Under the pieces are notes generated by a model, which saw only the letters and a list, made by a program, of their open reading frames with translations, ran no database searches and was not told the DNA's origin. From contig CM059431.1 in NCBI GenBank assembly GCA_030390025.1, forward strand, positions 120,964,001 to 121,028,000: DNA of 64,000 bases, given 5' to 3'. Positions 39,271 through 46,924 of this stretch are shown in pieces. The stretch's first letter is position 1. Every line of letters begins with the position of its first letter. The translations under genes were made by a program, and so were the position numbers. The DNA is from Squalus acanthias. Its lineage: Eukaryota.

Positions 39271-40865
39271 TGTAAGGGATTCTCTCCTGACCCTGCGTGT
39301 CTCGTAGCCTGTGAGATTCACGCGGCTCTGTGCAGCCTGTATGTCAGTGCGGGTCTAGGCCTGGTCTCCAGCCAGTCTGGGAACACTAGACACCCCTGTG
39401 AGTGGTTCGAATCACTCTCCCTTACGGTTCTAGACACTGGACTTAGATGCGAGAGCAGTAATGGAGATAAAACTCATGTAGACTTGGTTTGAACGGTACG
39501 AAATGGAAAATCTTTATTGCATGATACTTAAAATTATGAAATACATGTCATATGCACAGATTAATGACAGTACAATCTTACAAACAGTTATAATCACTCT
39601 TAGGGAAACGAGGAACGAACGGCACAACGTAAATAGGGCACACATTACAAATATCCTTAATCTTTAACCCTCCCCTATCAATAGCTATCCTAAACTAGCT
39701 GCGTAGGATCCCGAGACTCATGCTCACCACTCGTAATAACTCGGAGAAATCCCGAATAGCTGATCGGATGTTTTTCACCGCAGCACCCACGTGTTGGTCA
39801 GGAGATCTCCTGGTCCCACTTGTTTACTGCTTTTGCTGCTCGGTCAGTCGGCTGGACCGTCCGCTGTAGTGAAGACCTCTGTTGGTTGGATACAAGGTAT
39901 GGTGGAGCACCGTTGTCAATATCGCTGATACGATGTGTTTGCACAGTCCAGTTATCATCGATGCAATATGTCTTGTTAAAGAAGAAAACTTCCTGTCGAG
40001 AAGACTTGGCTGATCGACCTACAGGCGCGGTCGGGATCTACTGACCGTGGCGATGGATAAGGTCTTCTTCTCTTCTCCTCTCATCTCATCTCATCTCATC
40101 TCATCCCGGGCCTTCGGTTCCGCTGCCAGCTACCAACATAGGTCTTTGCAACAGTCTTTTACACAGGAGCAGCCACGATGATAACAGCAACAAGCGGCAA
40201 GAGTCAAGAACACGAGGCAAGAGCAAGAGCAAGAGGCCAGAGAGCGAATGGACGGTTTGGGGCCTGCAATTATAGTGCACAGTTCTTCCGTTTCCCGCCC
40301 AACTACAATGTCCATTCTTTTGTTTACGGTTTGGCGCCCAAAATGTCCTGTATGGGTGATCTCCGTCCTTAATGGGTTTCGGGGCTACTCATGAATGTTT
40401 GAGTACCTGCTAATATTTCTCCCATTGTTAAATCGGTCGGTGTTCCCCCTGGAGGGGTTTGGGGCTTCCAAGTGTCCTGTATAACTACCTGCTAACGGCT
40501 CTCTCATCGTAGAGCCGTTGGGAGTTTACATATTAATGTCCTTTGGATGGGCCCTTGATGGCTTTCCTTTGTACCTGGGAGACCGATCCCAGTATCGATG
40601 TTTATACTGTAAACCCATAATGTCCTGTGTATTGTCTTCACTGTGCTGAATCGTTATCGATCCTGCAAAAATGTTTATTGGAACGCCATCTTGTCTGCCT
40701 GCTGAAAAGTCTAGAATGTTCTGTCACGAGGTGCGGCGGCCATTTTACAGGCTGCTTGTGTCCAATTTAAACCTGACAGCATTCCGCTGAAATAAAAGCT
40801 GTTTTGAACGAAACTTTGTGTTTTCTCCTCATTAAAATGAAATCGCGATAATTGCGAATTCTACA
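39271..40865 (-). repeat. 3' LTR
   Basis: TGTAAGGG...TTCTACA on the plus strand. It matches 46925-48519 with no difference noticed by eye, and the ORF track reports identical ORFs at a constant offset. Confidence 0.95.
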
Positions 40866-40877
40866 GTCCCTCCTGTT
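40866..40877 (-). other. Polypurine tract (AACAGGAGGGAC)
   Basis: Purine-rich run immediately 5' of the 3' LTR on the minus strand. Confidence 0.75.
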
Positions 40878-41289
40878 GATGCGAATAACTCCGCTTATCG
40901 TATCAAAAATCTCAGTGGTGAGCAATCTTATCTCGATTTCACTCCGAATCCAGTAAATTAATCCCATAAATTTTAACTTCACTAGGGTCTCTGTGTCGTC
41001 CTCATTTCCCAAGAAAAATCACACTTTATATCACCATAGGCATCATTTGCCCTTAAACTTACACCACTTGTTTTCCTTCCCGGCGTAACCAGGCCGATAC
41101 CTCACGCATCACCTGTATATTTGTCTTTTATTCAAGGGAAGGAAAAACAAAACCCAAAAACCAAACAATCAACACCATCACCAAAATAAACAAATCCCAA
41201 CTCTTAAACATGTCGAGTTTCCAACGTATTTACAATGAGTACAAACTTCCGCGGCGCACGTGGCGAGCGGGAGTGACGCCATTTTCCCA

Positions 41290-43641
41290 TTACACTGCGC
41301 TCTCATCGTGCACGCGCACGTAACGTTCTCGCCACTCTCCCGTGTTCTCATGCTTGGTGAGGCGCTTGTCTCTTTTACAATGTATGAACAAAAGGTATAC
41401 TACAATAAACACTTGACAGACGACTAAAATGTGGGAGGCTATTCTGACCCATGAGGGCACTTCAATATTCGTGAACAGATTCCACCACGGTGGAACCACT
41501 ATGTCCAAAATGTCTGTACCTATCTCGACGGTTTTCTGTTCTAATGTATAGAAATGCTTTTGTGACACCGCGACGGCTTTCAGAAGTTTGGTTAAATGCT
41601 CAGGGAGAGGGGGAATGAGGTACCCAAAATGCGCGACAAATCGCTGCAAGTCGGTGAAATTCTCTTTTACTGTGAGATGAACAGTGGATGGTTCAGGGAT
41701 TGGGATAATTCGCTGTTGTGCTACTTGAACTTCAGCCCTGGGTTTAAAACAGAAACTGCTGTCACTCACCGGACACCGGCTACGGTTTCCATGCTGGTAG
41801 TGTTGCGCTGCAGTGGTAACACAATATGTTCCACCCCCGATGTATGCTACCTGCGGAGGCACATGATCTTGTGCCATTGCCTCCATGGTGCAATTCATGG
41901 ACTTGGCGCCAGCCGTTCTGAACCCGCACTGTGGTGTTAAAAAGGCATTCAAGTGCTGGGGGCACAGTATTATGTGTGCTCCCCTGCCACGACAACCAGA
42001 GAGATCTGTACCTGTCATCGTTTGCTCCCAGCGGATGACGTAAGGTGGAACTGCTGCATAACGAATGTGGGCTCCCCCCTGAATGACACCAATGTTCTCT
42101 ACCCGATACACCGGGGCGGGCTTTGCTGTGTTGCCCAAAACCGGCATGCGTAATACTATTCCCATAATAGTATGGTTTGAACGTCCGCAGTCCACGGGGA
42201 CTGGGTAAGCTTCTGAAGCTAGCCTGAGCTGGCACGGACTTAATGCGTTCTGAAAAGGGTGGAGCGCCCGCAGGTGTTTGTTACTTATCCAGGACGGGAC
42301 CAAACCTTGTTTTAAATCCTCCAAATTACTGCGGCCCTCGCCCAGTAACCACGCCCCGTAAAGCACGCACACCTCGTTCTGCGCAGCTTGATCGGATGCA
42401 TTCCGATCTTCCCTGATCAGGGCATTTACCGTACGCGCATGTTTCTCCAGCTCTGCTATAATTTCCTTTAAGTGTAGTGTCATGGCTTGGTCCTCGTGCA
42501 GACCTGACCCTACCACTTTATTCTCGTCTGTAAGAATATCCTTTAACTGTGTTTTTAAACCATTAATCTGGGTCTGCAGCTCCACACTGTCTAGAGCGTT
42601 GACCACAGATGTCCCTGTATTAAAGGCAGTGAACGCATCGTTCACCAAACCCCTTCTTTGCCTCCCTACTTGGTCCAAAACTTCCTGCGGTGCGGTGTAT
42701 AAACTTGTCTTATCAATTTCTGCAAAATCAAACTCGTAAAATTGCCTGAACATCTTGGTCAACAGGACCTGGTACAACTGTTCCGTCTTTTTGGGGCACC
42801 ACTCTGGTAACCGTACCTCAGTGAGATTTAAAATCACCGAGGCCACCGCGTAATGTACCCCCTGAAATAGTATCTGGTCTGTGGGGACCAGTACCAAACC
42901 GTTCCCGGGTCCCTTACTAGTTTTAGGGCACCCTTCTTCCTCAGTTAGAACTACCGGGATCGTGGGCGGGGCTTTGCGTGGGCGCGTAATGAGCTCAGTG
43001 GCATTTACTGGGATCGGAGAGTATGGGGCTCCGCACCCCCTGGTGCTCGCATCCCACCTCATCCCCTGTCCGTTATCCTGCCACTGATTAATAAAGAATA
43101 TGGAGATGCCTTTGGGGCAAACGTACTTTGACCCCCACATACAAACATAAATTCCCTCATCCGGTTCCCACCATTTGTCCCAACAGACTTTCACTTGTCC
43201 GTCTGTCCCCGTAATTGTCCGATGGGTATTATTACCCAGTCGCTCCCACTCAACCGAAGAGTTCCTCATAGTTTTGCTCAGCTTTCGCAGCCACCACCAT
43301 CGGCTCAATGGGACATTCCCACTGCAGGTCAAACAAATCCGTTTGCCGACGGTGACGCTGATCCTGGGTGCGATGATCCGTACTTTGGGGCACATTAAAG
43401 AAGTCTCTTTATAGGCGAACCCCGATGTGCTGGAATACTCCGTTGAGTTCGTTCCCAGCCATCCTGGCCACCTTCCCTTGTGGAAATAGGTGCTGGTCCC
43501 TTCTGCCTTCCGTCTCCCGGTCCCATCCACCGCGATGGGGGCCGTGTCCCCGGAACATCCAAACACCACGACATCCTTGGTGAGGCCCCGATAGGCCAAT
43601 CCACATCCGATTGCCACGAGCAAAACTAGAAGTCGTTCCAT
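41290..43641 (-). CDS. env: Envelope / class I fusion glycoprotein (783 aa), F-protein-like, with an N-terminal Ig-like domain
   Basis: Signal peptide MERLLVLLVAIGCGLA; Ig-like LTC...W...DEGIYVC; furin site RQRR (aa 327-330) followed by a fusion-peptide-like segment and heptads; Cys-rich region; W-rich juxtamembrane segment; TM ILVVCQVFIVVYLLFI; short tail; several NxS/T sequons. Confidence 0.88.
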   Translation of the reverse strand: MERLLVLLVAIGCGLAYRGLTKDVVVFGCSGDTAPIAVDGTGRRKAEGTSTYFHKGRWPGWLGTNSTEYSSTSGFAYKETSLMCPKVRIIAPRISVTVGKRICLTCSGNVPLSRWWWLRKLSKTMRNSSVEWERLGNNTHRTITGTDGQVKVCWDKWWEPDEGIYVCMWGSKYVCPKGISIFFINQWQDNGQGMRWDASTRGCGAPYSPIPVNATELITRPRKAPPTIPVVLTEEEGCPKTSKGPGNGLVLVPTDQILFQGVHYAVASVILNLTEVRLPEWCPKKTEQLYQVLLTKMFRQFYEFDFAEIDKTSLYTAPQEVLDQVGRQRRGLVNDAFTAFNTGTSVVNALDSVELQTQINGLKTQLKDILTDENKVVGSGLHEDQAMTLHLKEIIAELEKHARTVNALIREDRNASDQAAQNEVCVLYGAWLLGEGRSNLEDLKQGLVPSWISNKHLRALHPFQNALSPCQLRLASEAYPVPVDCGRSNHTIMGIVLRMPVLGNTAKPAPVYRVENIGVIQGGAHIRYAAVPPYVIRWEQTMTGTDLSGCRGRGAHIILCPQHLNAFLTPQCGFRTAGAKSMNCTMEAMAQDHVPPQVAYIGGGTYCVTTAAQHYQHGNRSRCPVSDSSFCFKPRAEVQVAQQRIIPIPEPSTVHLTVKENFTDLQRFVAHFGYLIPPLPEHLTKLLKAVAVSQKHFYTLEQKTVEIGTDILDIVVPPWWNLFTNIEVPSWVRIASHILVVCQVFIVVYLLFIHCKRDKRLTKHENTGEWRERYVRVHDESAV

Positions 43642-43925
43642 CCTTCCTTGGTTCCTGTGATCAGATAGAATGAGGTAGCCAGCCTCGCAAAAAGTCTCTG
43701 GCTTTTGTGAAGGGTGAGCGGGTCCCCTGACCTCGCCTCACGTAAACTTCAACGTTTGCTAAATAGACTTCCTCTAAACCTAGCCTTAAAACTCCCATCA
43801 TTTTGTCGTTATCTGTTAAAAACACTACAAACTTAACCTTATTAAAACTACTTAAAACCTTAAACTAAAACTTAAAACCTTAAACTAATAACTTTACAAT
43901 GCCGCCCGTTCTCAGGGCGGCCCCT

Positions 43926-44828
43926 TTAAATCCTGAGAAGGCTGCTGCGAGCTCTTCCCGACGGTGGGAGGGCACTGACCCTTCCCTCTGATCTGCCGCA
44001 GCCTGTTGCTGCGCTGACCCTTTCCTCTGATCTGCCGCAGCCTGTTACTGCTTCGATGTGGCCTGTCTCTACCCGGGTTATCTTAACCTGAAACTTACGC
44101 CCTGGGGCAGTCTGTGGACCTGACCACATCCTCCTGGGCTGGGGTACTCTGCTTGACCTACGGGGAGTTGCTATGGGCGGGGGCTCCGTGACGGACGGAC
44201 CGGGTTCCGAGACCTCCAACGGGATGACCTGGGGTTCCATCACAGTCGCCAGCTCCGCCTCCGCTGACTCCGCCTCCCTAACCTCGGGGCTGGCAGTTCG
44301 TGGCCCCGCCCTGCTCGGCCCAGCAGGCGGCCCTTCACTCGTGAACTCTGCCTCCCCTGAGGACTGGACGTTCAAAGCGGGCGGCCACACCTCTGGGAAC
44401 CACATTGGTACTCCCTGTGCTCCTATGGCGGCTGGCCCTGCCTCCTCTAGCTCCTCCCTCCTGTTGTCGGGACCTGCAGCTTGTGTGTCCACCCCGTGTG
44501 GATCTCTACCTATCGGCCCCAATCCTCCCAGACCGTTCCTCCGGAACCACCCGTCATCATCACTATGCTCATCTGCACTATCCTCATCTGACCAGGGTAC
44601 CCTGGGGTCCTCGTCATCTAACCCCCAACTCCAGAAAAACGCTGCATGATCGTCCGGGATGTCCCTTCCCCTGATGCAAGCTGCTACGCCTGCCTGTGTG
44701 CCTTGTGGTCCTACCTGGGGCTGTGTCTTCCCCACTCGCAGGTCTGGCCCCTCCCTTAAGACAGGCCACCGCCCCTGCTTGTTTCTGTGAAATCTCACCT
44801 GCTGGAGGCTGCAGATTTCTATCCTGTT
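43926..44828 (-). CDS. Acidic/proline-rich ORF of unknown function between gag and env; no ATG at its 5' end
   Basis: Stop-free frame 44828-43926 containing WSWGLDDEDPRVPWSDEDSADEHSDDDGW, RRSSR and a 13-aa duplicated unit TGCGRSE.RVSA. Confidence 0.45.
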   Translation of the reverse strand, partial: NRIEICSLQQVRFHRNKQGRWPVLREGPDLRVGKTQPQVGPQGTQAGVAACIRGRDIPDDHAAFFWSWGLDDEDPRVPWSDEDSADEHSDDDGWFRRNGLGGLGPIGRDPHGVDTQAAGPDNRREELEEAGPAAIGAQGVPMWFPEVWPPALNVQSSGEAEFTSEGPPAGPSRAGPRTASPEVREAESAEAELATVMEPQVIPLEVSEPGPSVTEPPPIATPRRSSRVPQPRRMWSGPQTAPGRKFQVKITRVETGHIEAVTGCGRSEERVSAATGCGRSEGRVSALPPSGRARSSLLRI

Positions 44829-45108
44829 TTAAATCCTCATACTCCCTGCTCCTGGCTACCCTGTAGGCTGTTTTTATCTCTCTAAGCTGCCCTTCTAGCC
44901 TGAGCACGTCTAACTTTCCCATTGCTCGGGCATTCTCCTCCCGCAGGGCCTGCTCTCTAAGCTGCCCTTCCAGCCCATCTATTTTCTCTATTAAGCGGGC
45001 GTTCTCCTCCCGCAAGGCCTGCTCTTTTAACCTGGCCTCCTCACCGCAGACCCCCTCCTGTGCGTGTCTTTTAAAAGGACACAGGTAGGCAGGCTGCGTG
45101 GGCTCTAG
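44614..45108 (-). CDS. In-frame post-gag extension (164 aa, coiled-coil), putative readthrough product
   Basis: Codon walking shows the frame of ORF 44614-45015 stays open back to the gag TGA (45109-45111). The context is CAA TGA CTA G. EQALREENAR...LEGQLR occurs twice. Confidence 0.6.
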   Translation of the reverse strand, partial: LEPTQPAYLCPFKRHAQEGVCGEEARLKEQALREENARLIEKIDGLEGQLREQALREENARAMGKLDVLRLEGQLREIKTAYRVARSREYEDLKQDRNLQPPAGEISQKQAGAVACLKGGARPASGEDTAPGRTTRHTGRRSSLHQGKGHPGRSCSVFLELGVR

Positions 45109-46920
45109 TCATTGGGTACTATTAGACGGTCCTGCGGCACCTACGGGGCCGGTTGCGACCGCCACCTGTCCACGCGCATTCAAAACCATCTTGCGCATGA
45201 CTCCTAACACTGCTTCGAGGTCTTCGGGAGAGGTGGGTGCCTTTGCTTCCTTAGCCGGGACAGGCGCCTGGGTTCGGACCGCGGGATTTTTATCCTTGGA
45301 ATCCTTCCAAGGGTTCCTGCAGTGCTTGCGCCAGTGCCCTGTCTTCCCACACCCGTAACAGGCATTACTTGCCTGTGGGGCGCGATTACCCTCCTGATGC
45401 CACTCTCTTTGAGTCGGGGCTGCGGGTCGTACCTCATGTACTCTTCCCTTAAAGGGACGTGTCGTCATACCCCTTATGTTACGGTAACCCAACGTAAGTC
45501 GATTCAAGACCGACTCTTCCGTAAGGTTGAGGTCATTGGGATCGAACCAGGCTTTTGCCTGCTCTCTAACGGCTGGTAAACTGTTGGCTATTATGCACCT
45601 AAGCCAATGAATTAAAGCGGCGCCTTCCACATCTTCGCGTTCGGGCGCACCTAGACAGCTGCGCTCATATACTGGCCACAGCCTGTCGGCAAAAACCTTC
45701 GGGGGTTCTCCCTCCATCTGCACTGTCTGTCCCACTCTAGCAAACGGACCTCCGTCGTTCGCTCCCACTACTTCTAGGACCTCATTTTTCAATTCCTCAT
45801 AACTTTTATTACCCCTCTTGCTATCGCCTGAGAGACACTGAAGGACCGAGCTATCTAACGAGAACAGCAGCATTTTTGCTGTCTCCCCATCATCGCAGCC
45901 GTTGATGGCTGCGGCTTGCTCAACTTCCCTAAAATGTACGGAAGGGTCGTCTATCTCGGTCAGCTTCCTTACGTGGTTTATCATGGCCCTCAGCTGATGT
46001 GAACTGTGAGGCAACACCAGCTGTCCGAGGAGATCCCCCGGTTCTTCCCCACCGTTTCTGCTTGGGCCCCTTTTAATACCCGTTACTGGATACAACGATC
46101 CCTTTTCTACCTCCTTTTCAACGGGCTCTTTTGCTTCTTCCGTTGCTTCCTCCCTAACCCAGGTTTCTGAATAGCTGGGTGGCGCGGAGGGCGCAGTGGC
46201 TACTACTTCTTCTGCTTTACTTGGTGGGGAATTTCTAAATCTCTCATTTACTAGCGGCTGGCGTGCCGACGGATTAATAAGGCACACCATGCCGTTCGCA
46301 TTATTCACGGCCTTTTTGAGGCTCTCTATCTCTTTTTCGCAGGCGCTATGGTCGGCTCCCTGAAACTTATCCTCAAGGGCCAACTTATACGCCGACCTAA
46401 CCCCCATTAAGCTCTCTTCTTGAGTTCTTATCTGGGCAGCTTGACGGTTACATCTTTCCTTCATCCTACTCTCGTTTAATTTTGCTTCAGTGATCTGGCA
46501 CTCGAGATACTCTACCCTTGTTTTAAGGTAACTGGAGACTTCCTGGCTTTCCTGGCGTAACTCATGTAAACTCTTAATGAGCGCCTCCCCTCCAGAAACC
46601 TTCTCCTCCATTTCCTCCTCTAACTGCTTGATTCGAGCGGTTAGCGCTGTATTGGTCTGGTTTGAAATCTGAACCTGCCTTTTGTAGCACATAAGCCAGA
46701 CTGCTTTCTCAACTGCCTTTTTATGCTCCTTACTATCAGTCCACCTTTCAGCTGCCTCTAGTGGGCTCTTATCCGCTAACAATTCGCTTATCCACTTTTT
46801 CGTTAGATTAACCTTTCCAAATACGTAATCCGCTATCTTTTCCTGCATCACATTTCGTACAGTCATTCCAAAATCTAACACACTACCCTCTCGCTGCCAG
46901 TGTCCTGCCGCGGTCGCCAT
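45109..46920 (-). CDS. gag: Gag polyprotein (603 aa)
   Basis: N-terminal coiled coil, PSAPPSY late-domain motif, capsid-like helical region and CX2CX4HX4C knuckle CYGCGKTGHWRKHC; located directly after the 5' LTR/PBS. Confidence 0.88.
   Translation of the reverse strand: MATAAGHWQREGSVLDFGMTVRNVMQEKIADYVFGKVNLTKKWISELLADKSPLEAAERWTDSKEHKKAVEKAVWLMCYKRQVQISNQTNTALTARIKQLEEEMEEKVSGGEALIKSLHELRQESQEVSSYLKTRVEYLECQITEAKLNESRMKERCNRQAAQIRTQEESLMGVRSAYKLALEDKFQGADHSACEKEIESLKKAVNNANGMVCLINPSARQPLVNERFRNSPPSKAEEVVATAPSAPPSYSETWVREEATEEAKEPVEKEVEKGSLYPVTGIKRGPSRNGGEEPGDLLGQLVLPHSSHQLRAMINHVRKLTEIDDPSVHFREVEQAAAINGCDDGETAKMLLFSLDSSVLQCLSGDSKRGNKSYEELKNEVLEVVGANDGGPFARVGQTVQMEGEPPKVFADRLWPVYERSCLGAPEREDVEGAALIHWLRCIIANSLPAVREQAKAWFDPNDLNLTEESVLNRLTLGYRNIRGMTTRPFKGRVHEVRPAAPTQREWHQEGNRAPQASNACYGCGKTGHWRKHCRNPWKDSKDKNPAVRTQAPVPAKEAKAPTSPEDLEAVLGVMRKMVLNARGQVAVATGPVGAAGPSNSTQ
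46902..46919 (-). other. Primer binding site, tRNA-Arg(TCG)-type
   Basis: The minus strand reads TGGCGACCGCGGCAGGAC, complementary to ...GTCCTGCCGCGGTCGCCA, which I recall as the vertebrate tRNA-Arg-TCG 3' end. It lies 5 nt from the LTR. Confidence 0.85.
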
Positions 46921-46924
46921 TTTC

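Noticed and set aside
39820..40372. Short ORFs inside the LTRs, duplicated at 47474-48026
   Set aside because: No recognisable motifs, and no matching ORFs in the related solo LTR. The duplication only reflects LTR identity.
41270..41289. GAAAATGGCGTCAC after the env stop as a second PBS
   Set aside because: It shares only 10 nt with the LTR-PBS junction, and I cannot match the rest to a tRNA 3' end.
44826..44834. T TTA AAA slippery heptamer in the post-gag ORF as a route into ORF 43926-44828
   Set aside because: A -1 shift meets TAG three codons later, and the downstream ORF is in the +1 frame.
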